Source: Candidatus Eiseniibacteriota bacterium
GTDB taxonomy: Bacteria > Eisenbacteria > RBG-16-71-46
Assembly (NCBI GenBank): GCA_031366795.1
Contig: JANLOX010000208.1
Coordinates: 1 to 37,538 of the forward strand
Length of the DNA: 37,538 nucleotides
Direction of reading: 5' to 3'
Shown: positions 1-12,017 of the stretch, piece by piece
Position numbering within the stretch: the stretch's first letter is position 1
Layout of the letters: every line of letters begins with the position of its first letter
Made by a program: the position numbers and the translations under genes
The notes under the pieces: generated by a model
Databases searched by the model: none
What the model was told of the DNA's origin: nothing
What the model saw: the letters and a program-made list of their open reading frames with translations, nothing else

Positions 1-1155
1 CACGAAGATGGCGATGATGAACACCGCCACCATGTTGCGCCGCACCGGCTTGAACCACAGCGACAGTGGAATGATCATGTTGCAGGTGATCATGGTCCAA
101 AACGCCCAGGCGAAGTGCCCAGTGGCTCGCCACCAGAAGATGTCCCGCTCGTATTTACTCGGTCCATACCACGCGAAGAAGAACTCCGTCAGGTACGAGT
201 AGCCGACGATCGTCGAGGTCAGCAGCACCAGCTTGGTCAGCTTCTCGATGTGATCGACCGTGACGATGTGCTCGAGTTTGAATGCCTTGCGGATCGGGAT
301 CAGCAGATTGAGCACCATGGCCACGCCCGAGAAGATGGCGCCAGCGACGAAGTACGGGGCGAAAATCGTGCTGTGCCAGCCCGGCACCTGCGCCATTGCG
401 AAGTCCCACGACACGATGCTGTGCACCGAGAACACCAGCGGCGTGGCGAATGCGGCGAAGAACAGGTAGGCCGAGTAGAAGTGCTTCCACTGGTAGTTGG
501 CGCCCGTCCAGCCGGCCGAGAAGATGGTGAACCACAGCTTGGCGATCGGGTGCTTGGCGCGGTCCCGCGCGGCGGCGGCGTCGGGGATCATGCCCACGAG
601 GAAGAAGATCGTCGACACCGTCATGTACGTGGTGACGGCGAACACGTCCCACTCGAGCGGCGAGCGGAAGTTCGGCCACAACTGGCGCTGGTTCGGGTAG
701 GGGAACAGCCAGTAGGCGAACCACGGACGGCCCAGGTGGATGATGGGAAACAGCCCGGCCGTCATGACGCCGAACACGGTCATCGCCTCGGCCACGCGAT
801 AGACGGCGCGGCGGAAGTGCGACCGGAACAGGAACAACACGGCCGAAACCAGCGTGCCGCAGTGCGCGATACCGACCCAGAACACGAAGTTGGCGACGTA
901 GCTCGCCCACATGACGGGGCGCGTGTGGCCGGCGACACCGACACCATTCACCACCTGGTTGCGCTCGGCGATCAGGCCCAGCGACAGCACACACAGGTCG
1001 AGGATGAAGACCGCCCACCACAACGGACCCGGAATGCCGATCATCTTCAAGCAGTCGTCGGTGATCGACTTCTGCGTGACTTCGGCTCCTTGGCCGCCGC
1101 TGCCGTGGGCTTCCGCCGCGGCCTCAGTCTTTTGTGTCAGGATCGTTTGCCCCAC
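1..1155 (-). CDS. actC: Alternative complex III subunit C (NrfD/PsrC-family membrane quinol-binding subunit), 3'-truncated by window edge
   Basis: Not in the ORF track. Manual translation from GTG at 1155 (SD AGGGAG upstream) gives MGQTILTQKTE...VMWASYVANFVFWVGIAHCGTLVSAVLFLFR...AEAMTVFGVMTAGLFPIIHLGRPW...NFRSPLEWDVFAV, the ActC/NrfD signature. The frame runs to base 1 and follows actB. Confidence 0.93.
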   Translation of the reverse strand, partial: MGQTILTQKTEAAAEAHGSGGQGAEVTQKSITDDCLKMIGIPGPLWWAVFILDLCVLSLGLIAERNQVVNGVGVAGHTRPVMWASYVANFVFWVGIAHCGTLVSAVLFLFRSHFRRAVYRVAEAMTVFGVMTAGLFPIIHLGRPWFAYWLFPYPNQRQLWPNFRSPLEWDVFAVTTYMTVSTIFFLVGMIPDAAAARDRAKHPIAKLWFTIFSAGWTGANYQWKHFYSAYLFFAAFATPLVFSVHSIVSWDFAMAQVPGWHSTIFAPYFVAGAIFSGVAMVLNLLIPIRKAFKLEHIVTVDHIEKLTKLVLLTSTIVGYSYLTEFFFAWYGPSKYERDIFWWRATGHFAWAFWTMITCNMIIPLSLWFKPVRRNMVAVFIIAIFV

Positions 1156-1166
1156 CCGCAGTCTCC

Positions 1167-4100
1167 CTACGTAGCGCTGCCGACCTCACGGTCGATCTTC
1201 TTGAGATACGTGACACCCGGCTTGGTGTTGAGGTCATTGAACACCCAGTAGCGGCGGTCGCCTTCCGTGGACAGCTTGGCGACTTTGCTGGCCGGGTCGA
1301 GCAGGTCGCCGAACACGATGGCGTCCGTCGGGCAGCCCTGCTGGCACGCGGTCTTGATCTCGAGATCGCGGAGCGGACGGTTTTCGTCGCGCGCGTTGCC
1401 CTTGCCTTCGAGGATGCGCTGCACGCAGAACGTGCACTTTTCCATCACGCCCTTCGACCGCACCGTGACATCCGGGTTGAGCTGCCAGTTGAGCGGCTCG
1501 GGGAAGGCGAACGTCACCTTCTCGGGTGCGGAGTAGTCGAAGAAGTTGAAGGAGCGGACCTTGTAGGGGCAGTTGTTCGCGCAGTAACGGGTGCCCACGC
1601 AGCGGTTGTAGACCTGCGCGTTCAACCCTTCCGGGTTGTGGGAGGTCGCGTACACCGGGCAGACGGTTTCGCACGGCGCGTCGCTGCACTGCTGGCACAT
1701 CATCGGGATGGTGCGGACATCGATCTTGCCCGGCGCCAGCTTCTCTTCGTAGCGCTCGAGGCGAATCCACATCATCTCGCGGCCGTGCTGCACGAGTTCG
1801 GGGCCGACATAGGGCACGTTGTTCTCGGCCGAGCAGGCGACCACACAGGCGCTGCAGCCGTTGCAGGTGTTGAGATCGATCGCCATCGCCCAGCGATGCT
1901 TGGCGTGCTTCGCATCGTAGCTGTCGCGGTCGACCGGCTCGCGCTTGGGACTGCGCACGATCTTCTCGGGTTCGGCGGCCGACACCGAGTGCGCCGGCGG
2001 CACGTAGCCCTGTGGGTGGTAGAGCGGTTCGGTGAACTTGCCGAGCTTGGTCTGCGAGGGGTCAGACACTTCGGCGTGCGCCTTGTGGGCCACGCCCTCA
2101 GCCGCTCCACCGACGGTTCCCATCAACGCAGCCAGCGGAATGATCTGCGCGATCTCGCGATCGGCCTGCTGCTTCTGGCGCTGCGTCAGCGCGAGCACGC
2201 CCGCGCGACCGGTCTTGGCTACCTTGGCCTTGGTGCTCAAGTAGGCGACCGAGCCCGATGCCGCGTCCTGCGCCGGCGACAGCAGCACGAGCGCATTCAC
2301 GCCGATGCCCTTGGCGTGGCGGCCGTATTCGGTGTGGCCCTGGCCCAACGGAATCGCGATCACGTCCTCGCGGATGCCGCCGTACACGTAGACCGGGGCT
2401 TCGACGCTGCCGGCCTCGGTCTCGACCTTGAGCATGTCGCCGTTGACCACGCCCAACTTTGCCGCGGACTTGGGGTTCATTTCGATCCATGAACCCCACA
2501 CGGCCTTGGTCGTCGGGTCGGGCAATTCCTGCAGCCACGGCTTGTTGGCGCCACGACCGTCGTGCAGCGCCAGCGAGGGCGTCAGCACCACGGTGAAGTC
2601 GCCGGTGCCGCGCATTTCAGCGACCGCGAACGACGGAGCACCGCTCCACTTCACGTCGAGCGATCCGACGTCTTCCCACACCCCGCCCTTGGCGAGCGAA
2701 TCGTTCCAGAACTGTTCCCACGGGCGGCCCTGCCCGAACTTGCCATGCATCCCGCGCCACGCCGTTTCGATGTGAGCGGCCCAGGTGGCCGGCATGCCGC
2801 CACTGAAACCGGCCGCGGTGGCGAGCGCCAACAGCGTGTCCCCCGCCGGCTTCGTGGCGAACATCGGCAGCGGGCTCATGGTCGGCTGGATCAGCGAGTA
2901 CACCCCGCGCACGCCGAACGAATCGCCGAGCGACTCGAGCGCATGCGAGGACGGCAGCACCACGTCACACAACGCGGTGGTCTCGTCCATCACGTTGGAG
3001 AGCGAAAGCTTGAACGGCACCTTGGCGGCCGCGGCGGCGAAGCCCGACCACGCCGGCGTCGCATACGCGGGGTTGGCGCCGTGCACGACCAGCGCGCCGA
3101 CATCGCCATGATCCATCGCCTCAGCGAGGCCCTGGAATTCCTTGAACGAAGCGACCGCCTCGTCATTGAGCGTGCGATCGAAGCGCACCGTCTGGCCGAT
3201 ATTGCCGGCGACGTAGTTGAGCAGGTTGACCGCGGCGTGCGTGGCGACCGCCTGCTCGCTCTGCGAGGCGATCCCGCCGGCCAAAGCCAGACTCGGCTTG
3301 GCCGCGGCGAATGCGCGCGCCAACCGCGTGACCGTTGCGGCGGCGACGTCGGTCTGCTTCTCGACGGCTTCCGGTGTGTAGGCGGCAACCAAGTCACCCA
3401 GCCCGCCGCCATTGACGCCAAGCCCTTCGGTGATGATCACCCGCGCCATACCCAGTGCCAGCACCATCTCGGTGCCCGGGCGGATGGCGACCCATTCGTC
3501 GGCGTTCGCTCCCGTCATCGACAGTCGCGGCTCCACCGCGACGAAGGCGCCTTCGTGGCGGCTGCGCATCGCGGCGAACCCACGCGCCTGGCCGACCGGC
3601 GCGCCCCATGTCTCGAGGAAGTCGGCGCCGAAGGAAACCAGGAAGTTGGCGCGGCCGATGTCGGCCTGTGGAATGGCCGCCACACCAAACGTGCGGCGGT
3701 TGGCTTCACGCTGAGCGTGCGGATGGAACGCTTCGAACGCCATGTACGAACCGCCCGCCGCCTGTGCCCACTGGCGGGCCAGCGTCTCGAAAGACCCGGG
3801 CGCATGCTCGCTGATGAGCGCGATACGCTTGCCCGCGGACTTCGCGGCCTTGAGCCCCTCGCCCGCGCGCTTGATGCCTTCGTCCCACGTCACGGGCTTC
3901 CAGCTGCCACCCTCGCGCACCATCGGGCCCTTGATGCGGTCCGCATCGTAGAACCCCTGCAAGGACGCCTGTCCCCGCGCGCACAAAGCGCCACGGTTGA
4001 CCGGGTGCTCGGGATTGCCCTCGATCTTGATGGCGCGGCCTTCGCGCGTCTTGACCAGCGTGCCGCACCCGGCGGGACATTCGCGGCAGGTGCTGGCGTA

Positions 4101-4256
4101 GAAGTACGGGATGCCGGGCAGGATGTCCTGCGGCGCAACCAGGTACGGGATCAGCTTGTTGGAAGGAGCCTCGGCGCAACCGGCGGCAGTGCCCGCCAGG
4201 CCGATGCCGACCAGCTTCAGGAAATCGCGGCGCTTAAACGTGAACGATTCGCTCAT
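1167..4256 (-). CDS. actB: Alternative complex III subunit B (molybdopterin-oxidoreductase-like domain fused to a 4-cluster Fe-S domain), Tat lipoprotein
   Basis: Tat motif KRRDFLK and lipobox AAGC. C-terminal Fe-S motifs CNGCSACVVAC, CQQCSDAPCETVCP, CVGTRYCANNCPY, EKCTFC...ACQQGCP. Lies between a pentaheme cytochrome and a NrfD-family gene. Confidence 0.92.
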   Translation of the reverse strand: MSESFTFKRRDFLKLVGIGLAGTAAGCAEAPSNKLIPYLVAPQDILPGIPYFYASTCRECPAGCGTLVKTREGRAIKIEGNPEHPVNRGALCARGQASLQGFYDADRIKGPMVREGGSWKPVTWDEGIKRAGEGLKAAKSAGKRIALISEHAPGSFETLARQWAQAAGGSYMAFEAFHPHAQREANRRTFGVAAIPQADIGRANFLVSFGADFLETWGAPVGQARGFAAMRSRHEGAFVAVEPRLSMTGANADEWVAIRPGTEMVLALGMARVIITEGLGVNGGGLGDLVAAYTPEAVEKQTDVAAATVTRLARAFAAAKPSLALAGGIASQSEQAVATHAAVNLLNYVAGNIGQTVRFDRTLNDEAVASFKEFQGLAEAMDHGDVGALVVHGANPAYATPAWSGFAAAAAKVPFKLSLSNVMDETTALCDVVLPSSHALESLGDSFGVRGVYSLIQPTMSPLPMFATKPAGDTLLALATAAGFSGGMPATWAAHIETAWRGMHGKFGQGRPWEQFWNDSLAKGGVWEDVGSLDVKWSGAPSFAVAEMRGTGDFTVVLTPSLALHDGRGANKPWLQELPDPTTKAVWGSWIEMNPKSAAKLGVVNGDMLKVETEAGSVEAPVYVYGGIREDVIAIPLGQGHTEYGRHAKGIGVNALVLLSPAQDAASGSVAYLSTKAKVAKTGRAGVLALTQRQKQQADREIAQIIPLAALMGTVGGAAEGVAHKAHAEVSDPSQTKLGKFTEPLYHPQGYVPPAHSVSAAEPEKIVRSPKREPVDRDSYDAKHAKHRWAMAIDLNTCNGCSACVVACSAENNVPYVGPELVQHGREMMWIRLERYEEKLAPGKIDVRTIPMMCQQCSDAPCETVCPVYATSHNPEGLNAQVYNRCVGTRYCANNCPYKVRSFNFFDYSAPEKVTFAFPEPLNWQLNPDVTVRSKGVMEKCTFCVQRILEGKGNARDENRPLRDLEIKTACQQGCPTDAIVFGDLLDPASKVAKLSTEGDRRYWVFNDLNTKPGVTYLKKIDREVGSAT

Positions 4257-4266
4257 TTCGCGCTCA

Positions 4267-4797
4267 TCAGTGGTGGCATATCAAGCAATCCATGCTGGCC
4301 GGGAAATTAGCGTTGTTCAAGTTGTTGCGGTGACAGCTGATGCACCATCCCATCTTCAACGACGAGTACTGGTACATGACGTCGGTCTGCTGCACTGGGC
4401 CGTGGCAGGTGGTGCAGGCCACATTCGCCAGCACGTGGCGCTTGTGATTGAACTTCACGTGCGTGGGCAGCTTGTAGACTTCGACCCACGGCACTGTTTC
4501 GCCGCGCGTCCAGTAACCCGTGAGCTTCTGGATCTCGGGGCGGTCGGTGACCGCGATCTTGTGGCAGCCCATGCACACACTCACGGCAGGGATGTTGGCG
4601 ATCGGGGATTTGATCGCGCCGTAGTGGCAGTAGAGGCAGTCCATGCCGAGTTTGCCAGCATGAAGTTTATGCGAAAAATTAATCGGTTGCTTGGGACCCT
4701 TCTGCAGGCCCAGCGAAACCGAGAACGATTGCGTGAACGCGACGCTCGCGGTAACGAGCGACACGATGATGAGCAGGATCGAGAGTAGTCGTCTCAT
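4267..4797 (-). CDS. actA: Alternative complex III subunit A, pentaheme cytochrome c
   Basis: Five CxxCH motifs (CLYCH, CMGCH, CTTCH, CISCH, CLICH), QPINFSHKLH, MGWC and an N-terminal hydrophobic anchor. Start set to ATG 4797 because the track's 4824 start lies inside the predicted promoter. Confidence 0.92.
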   Translation of the reverse strand: MRRLLSILLIIVSLVTASVAFTQSFSVSLGLQKGPKQPINFSHKLHAGKLGMDCLYCHYGAIKSPIANIPAVSVCMGCHKIAVTDRPEIQKLTGYWTRGETVPWVEVYKLPTHVKFNHKRHVLANVACTTCHGPVQQTDVMYQYSSLKMGWCISCHRNNLNNANFPASMDCLICHH

Positions 4798-4813
4798 GGC
4801 AAGAACGCGCGGG

Positions 4814-4842
4814 AAACTAAACACTTGCCACTAGCGTGTCAA
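4814..4842 (-). promoter_or_regulatory. sigma70-type promoter of the act operon
   Basis: TTGACA (4842-4837), 17-nt spacer, TAGTTT (4819-4814). Would give a ~10-nt leader with no SD before the actA ATG. Confidence 0.7.
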
Positions 4843-4875
4843 ATGGCGAATGCATCGCGAGCAAAACAACCCTCC

Positions 4876-6318
4876 TCATCGAGTCACCTTGGGCACCAGT
4901 TTGAGCAAAGTTCCCGCCGCGACAGCCTCTTCAGGCTCCACGTTGTTCAGGATCGACTCCCTGTTGGCGTCGATTTCCTGCGCACCGAAGCTTGCCGCCA
5001 CTGCGGAGAACGCGCCGGTCTTCGCGACGGTCACGACCTTGACGCGCGCGGGCGTCACAGTGCGGCGCGCGGCATCGGGGATCTTCCTGAAGGTGCGCAT
5101 CGAGGCAAAGATGGGCGCCTCTGCTGTCGAACTCTGGCCCAGCAGCTGGTACATCTGCGTGCCGTCGCGCAGGAACGTCGCGCACAGCGAAGCCGCGGTG
5201 CCGTCGGTCTTGGTGGTCGAGATGTGACCGATCCACGCATCGAGGCCGCCGATCGTCTCGCGCTGGCCGTTGAAGCTGGCGATCTGGCCGCCCGTGGCGA
5301 GTTGCTGAACGAACTCGACCGCGGAACGATCCTTGGCCTCGGCCAGCGTCAATTGCATGGCGCCTGTCTGGTCCGTCGAGCCCGCGGCGACCGAGGAACG
5401 CGTGTTCTGGGTCTGCCAGCCCGCGGGGAAGGTGAGTTCGAAGCCCAATTGGGGCTGGGTGAACTTCGTGCCCTCGAACCAACCCTGTCGCGGGTCGTTG
5501 CCGTATACGAGTCCATCCACGCGACGCACGAAATCGCGATTGCGGATCACCAGGCCGCTCTTGCCCGTGGCCGCCGTCTTCGCCAGCTCGCGAGTGCGCG
5601 CTTCGCGATTGCCCGGGTCGGGATGCGTCGACATGAACGCCGGCATGCTCTGGCCCGACTGCTCGCCGATCCGGGCCAGCATGACGTAGGTCAGCGGAAT
5701 CTCGCGCGGGTCATAGCCCGCCTTGGTGGCATAACCGACGCCGAGTTCGTCGGCCTGTGTTTCGTTGTCACGCGAATATTTGAGGAACAGCAGCCCCATG
5801 GCTTGCTGGGCCGCACCGCTGTACCGCTGGAACGTCCCCGACATCGCCGATGCGAGGCCCAGGGTGAGGCCCGCGATCTGCTGCTTGGTGATCTGCGCGG
5901 CGGTGTGGCGCGCGGTGACGTGGCCGATCTCGTGGCCCAAGACACCCGCCAGCTGCGCTTCCGAATTCAGGTGCGCGAGGATGCCGCGGGTAATGTAAAT
6001 GTAGCCGCCCGGCATGGCGAAGGCATTGACCACCGGGTCATCCAGCACCGTGAAGTGCCAGTCGAGGTTCGGCAGTTGCGATACCGCGGCGAGCTTCTGC
6101 CCCACGCTGTCGACGTACGCCGCGGCACGCGGATCGTCGTAGGCGCCATACTCGCTGAGCATGGCTGGGTAGCCGTCCTTGCCGATTGCCAGCTCCTGCT
6201 GGGCCGAGACGAGCGAGAACTGGCTCTTGCCGGTGACCGGGTTCGTGGCGCAACCGCTGGCCAGAGCGGACAGCGCGACCCACGCCGCGATGGCGGCAAT
6301 GCGTGCCCATTTCATCAT
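4876..6318 (-). CDS. M48-family (BepA/YfgC/LoiP-like) zinc metallopeptidase lipoprotein with C-terminal extension
   Basis: Lipobox ASGC, VNAFAMPGG, HEIGH zinc motif, YSRDNETQAD, STHP. SD AAGGAGG before ATG 6318. Confidence 0.88.
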   Translation of the reverse strand: MMKWARIAAIAAWVALSALASGCATNPVTGKSQFSLVSAQQELAIGKDGYPAMLSEYGAYDDPRAAAYVDSVGQKLAAVSQLPNLDWHFTVLDDPVVNAFAMPGGYIYITRGILAHLNSEAQLAGVLGHEIGHVTARHTAAQITKQQIAGLTLGLASAMSGTFQRYSGAAQQAMGLLFLKYSRDNETQADELGVGYATKAGYDPREIPLTYVMLARIGEQSGQSMPAFMSTHPDPGNREARTRELAKTAATGKSGLVIRNRDFVRRVDGLVYGNDPRQGWFEGTKFTQPQLGFELTFPAGWQTQNTRSSVAAGSTDQTGAMQLTLAEAKDRSAVEFVQQLATGGQIASFNGQRETIGGLDAWIGHISTTKTDGTAASLCATFLRDGTQMYQLLGQSSTAEAPIFASMRTFRKIPDAARRTVTPARVKVVTVAKTGAFSAVAASFGAQEIDANRESILNNVEPEEAVAAGTLLKLVPKVTR

Positions 6319-6376
6319 GCGTTCCTCCTTCGACCCTGACACCGGGCGCTGGGGACCAGGCGACTCCATAGCAGCA

Positions 6377-6697
6377 TCAATAGTGCGGCACCTTGGGGTC
6401 GACGTCGCGCGACCAAGCGTCGATGCCGCCCTTCAAGTTCAGCAGTTTCGAGAACCCTAAGCGCTTCATGAACCCGAGCGCCATGAGACTTCGCACACCA
6501 TGGTGACAGCACAACACGATCTCCCGTGTCTTGTCGAGTTCGTCCAGGTGTTGGGGCAGCGTCTTCAAGGGAATGAGCAGGGCGCCTTCGATGCGCGCGA
6601 GTGCGGCCTCGCTGGGCTCGCGCACGTCCACGAGCAACGGGGAGTCAGGCTGCTTCATCCGCGCTGCGAGTTCGCGGGGACTGATGTCGTGGCTCAC
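6377..6697 (-). CDS. Single-domain rhodanese/sulfurtransferase
   Basis: LVDVREPSE, active-site loop CHHGVRS, NLKGGIDAWS (MoeB/MoeZ C-terminal-type rhodanese). Probable GTG start at 6697. Confidence 0.85.
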   Translation of the reverse strand: MSHDISPRELAARMKQPDSPLLVDVREPSEAALARIEGALLIPLKTLPQHLDELDKTREIVLCCHHGVRSLMALGFMKRLGFSKLLNLKGGIDAWSRDVDPKVPHY

Positions 6698-6762
6698 GCG
6701 CGCAGCATACGGCCTCAAGGGGGAATTGCTGAACACGGGCAGCGTCCACTAGAGTGCGCCTC
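6698..6762. promoter_or_regulatory. Divergent leaderless-type -10 elements
   Basis: Minus strand: TATGCT (6709-6704), 6 nt, GTG 6697. Plus strand: TAGAGT (6750-6755), 7 nt, GTG 6763. Neither gene has an SD. Confidence 0.6.
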
Positions 6763-7767
6763 GTGATCCTTGCCGGTGACGTTGGCGGCACCAAGACCCG
6801 CCTTGCCCTCTACGCACCCGACGCCTCGCCGCGTTCGCCGCTGCGCGAAAGCCGCGTGGCGAGTCGCGACTATCCGTCACTTGAAGCAATCGTGCTCGAA
6901 TTCTTAGGGAACGACCGCGCGCACGTGATGGCCGCAGCCATCGGCATCGCCGGTCCGGTCGTCGAGAACCATTGCGAGACGACGAACCTGCCGTGGTCGA
7001 TGAATGGCTTCGCACTCGGCCAGCACATCGGCGGGCCACCCGTGCAACTGCTCAACGACCTGGAGGCCACCGGCTGGGGCCTTGTCCACCTGGCGCCCAC
7101 CGAATTGCGCGTGCTGCAGGCAGGCAGGCCTTCGCGCGGCAACCGCGCGCTGATCGCCGCGGGAACAGGGCTCGGCGAAGCGCTGCTGGTCTGGGATGGC
7201 ACCACGCACCGGCCGAACGCTTCTGAGGGCGGCCACGTCGATTTCGCTTCGCGCAATGCGCTCGAGGACGAACTCAGCCTGTGGCTGCGCGCCAAGTACC
7301 ATCGCGTGAGCTACGAGCGGGTGCTCGCCGGCGCCGGTCTCGCCGACCTCTACCGCTTCCTGTCCGCGACATCCCGTGGTGCGGAGTCCGCGGAGATGGC
7401 GGAGCGCTTCGCCGGCGCCCAGGACCCCGCGGCCGTCGTTTCGGCTGCCGGCCTCGATGGCTCGTGCGAGCGAGCGGTCATGGCGCTCGACCACTTCGTA
7501 CGCATCTACGGCGCCGAAGCCGGCAACCTTGCTCTCAAGGCCATGGCGGTGAATGGCTTGTTCATCGGCGGCGGCATCGGTCCGCGCATCGCCGACGCGC
7601 TGTCGAGCGGCGCCTTCATCGAGTCGTTCAGCGACAAGGGCCGGCTCTCGCCTGTGCTCAAGGACATCCCTGTGCAGTTGATCCTCGACGACCATGCGGC
7701 GTTGTGGGGAGCCGCGGCCTACGCTATGGCGCATCGAACGCCATCGGGGCCAACCGCCACGAATTAA
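6763..7767 (+). CDS. glk: Glucokinase (Glk family)
   Basis: ILAGDVGGTKT, LLNDLEA, AGTGLGEA, SEGGHVDF, SYERVLAGAGL, GGGIGPRI, FSDKGRL. Confidence 0.92.
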   Translation: MILAGDVGGTKTRLALYAPDASPRSPLRESRVASRDYPSLEAIVLEFLGNDRAHVMAAAIGIAGPVVENHCETTNLPWSMNGFALGQHIGGPPVQLLNDLEATGWGLVHLAPTELRVLQAGRPSRGNRALIAAGTGLGEALLVWDGTTHRPNASEGGHVDFASRNALEDELSLWLRAKYHRVSYERVLAGAGLADLYRFLSATSRGAESAEMAERFAGAQDPAAVVSAAGLDGSCERAVMALDHFVRIYGAEAGNLALKAMAVNGLFIGGGIGPRIADALSSGAFIESFSDKGRLSPVLKDIPVQLILDDHAALWGAAAYAMAHRTPSGPTATN

Positions 7768-7814
7768 TGGATTGAGCGCCCGCAGGACGCGAGCGCCCCT
7801 TGAGGAGGTTCACG

Positions 7815-9841
<2,027 letters not shown>

Positions 9842-9845
<4 letters not shown>

Positions 9846-11647
9846 AGGCTCGCCCCCACGGCACCTGACTCCAGCCGCTTCTCGAGCGCCACGAGTTCAT
9901 CGCGCAGCCCTTTCGGCAGGCGGTCGCCGAACTTCTCGTAGTGTGCGCGGATCGCGGGCAGTTCGCGCGTCCACGCCTCGACATCGGCGCGCGTCAGCTC
10001 GGCCATGTCGGCGTCGGACACCTTGAGCCCCGTCAGGTCGATCGCTCCCGGCGCGGGTAGGCGGCCGATCGGCGTCTCAATGGCCTTGCCCGTTCCGCTG
10101 ACTCGCTCGAACACCCAGCGCAGCACGCGGCTATTCTCGCCGTAGCCCGGCCACATGAATTTGCCGTCCGCGCCCTTGCGGAACCAGTTCACGTAGTAGA
10201 TGCCCGGCAGCTTTTTGGCGTCGGCCCTGGCGCCGATCGCGAGCCAATGCGCGAAGTAGTCGCCCATGTGATAGCCGCAGAACGGCAGCATGGCGAAGGG
10301 GTCGAAGCGCAACTGGCCCACCGCCCCCGTCGCCGCGGCCGTGGTCTCGCTGCTCATGATCGAGCCCATGAACGTGCCGTGCTGCCACGACAGCGCCTCA
10401 TTGATCAGCGGCACCACGGAGCCGCGCCGTCCACCGAACAGGATCGCCGAGATCGGCACGCCGGAAGGATTCTCCCAGTCGGGCGAGATCACAGGGCACT
10501 GGCGGGCCGGCGTGGTGAACCGCGCATTGGGGTGCGCGGCCTTGCGGCCGCTGTGTGGCGTCCACGGCCTGCGTAGCCAATCGGTCAGCTGCGGCGGCGC
10601 ATCGCTCATCTCCTCCCACCACACGTCGCCATCCGGCGTCAGCGCGCAGTTGGTGAAGATCGAGTTCTTCTCGCAGGTGCGCATGGCGTTCGGGTTGCTC
10701 TTCATGCTCGTCCCCGGCGCCACACCGAAGAAGCCAGCCTCGGGATTGATCGCATAGAGCCGGCCATCCGCACCAAACTTCATCCAGGCAATATCGTCGC
10801 CGACCGTCTCGACCTTCCAGCCCGGCAGCGTCGGGGTCAGCATCGCGAGGTTCGTCTTGCCACAGGCCGAGGGGAATGCGGCGGCGATATAGATCTTCTC
10901 GCCCTGCGGGTTGGTGATGCCGAGAATCAACATGTGCTCGGCGAGCCAGCCCTCATCGCGCGCCTGCGCCGAGGCGATACGCAAGGCGTGGCACTTCTTG
11001 CCGAGCAGCGCGTTGCCCCCGTAGCCCGAGCCGTACGACATGATTTCGCGCGCTTCGGGGAAGTGGCAAATGTACTTGGTCTTCGCATTGCACGGCCACG
11101 GCGAGTCGGCCTGATTGTCCGCGAGCGGCGCGCCGATCGAGTGCAGCCCCTTCACGAACTCGCCGTTCGTGCCCAGCACTTCGAGCACCTTCGTGCCGAC
11201 GCGCGCCATCAAGTGCATGTTCGCCACAACATACGCCGAGTCGGTGATCTCGACGCCGATCTTCGCGATGGGCGAGCCGACAGGACCCATGCTGTAGGGA
11301 ATCACGAACATCGTGCGGCCCTTCATGCTGCCCGTGAACAACTCCCTGAGCGCGGCCTTCATCTCACCCGGGTCGCGCCAGTTGTTCGTCGGGCCTGCGT
11401 CGCCCTGATGCTTCGAGCAGATGAACGTGAACTCTTCGACGCGCGCGACATCGGCGGGATCCGAGCGCACGAAGATGCTGTTCGGCCGCTTCTGGCGGTC
11501 GAGCCACATCGCGGAACCGGCGTCCACCAACCGCTGCAGCATGGCCTGGTATTCCGCTGGACTGCCGTCACACCACACGACCTGCTCGGGCTGGCACAAT
11601 GCTGCGGTCTCATTGACCCAGGCTTCGAGCTGCGGATGCTTCGTCAT
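9842..11647 (-). CDS. pckG: Phosphoenolpyruvate carboxykinase (GTP)
   Basis: [81 protein letters not shown]. Confidence 0.97.
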
Positions 11648-11843
11648 GAAAAGCCTTTCCGGGGCGCAGTCCGAACTGCGGCACTAGTCCGTAAAACGGG
11701 CCACGCGGATTCCTACACGCATCATCGCGCGCACGGCACTCGGGGACGGAAAACACGTTGAAACAATCGTAGGCCAGCGGGCGGAGACGTTCAAGCCAGC
11801 CCCCCCGTGACCGCGGCATGACAAGGCACGCGCCCGCGCGCGA

Positions 11844-11915
11844 GGCCTGCGACACCCTGCGCCAGTCCCCGCACGCGGGGCCTGCGCGACACCCTGCGCA
11901 AGGCCCCGCGCGCGG
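11844..11915. repeat. Imperfect ~36-bp tandem direct repeat in the pckG-tal divergent intergenic region
   Basis: GGCCTGC--GACACCCTGCGCCAGTCCCCGCACGCGG and GGCCTGCGCGACACCCTGCGCAAGGCCCCGCGCGCGG. Identical core GCGACACCCTGCGC at 11849 and 11886. Confidence 0.7.
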
Positions 11916-12017
11916 TTGCGGCCAGCCCCTTTGAAGGCGCACATTGTCGCGGACCACAGTGCCTTTCCCGAGCCACCGCGCTCCCACCCTGTCGTGCCGT
12001 TCTGGAGGACTTTCCCG

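Noticed and set aside
115..6339. Long plus-strand ORFs (115-1251, 1134-2492, 2562-4310, 4825-6339)
   Set aside because: Antisense shadows of actCBA and the M48 gene caused by high-GC codon bias; no recognisable motifs.
11844..11915. CRISPR-like repeat
   Set aside because: Only two adjacent imperfect copies, no unique spacers and no cas genes; the same applies to 26786-26832.
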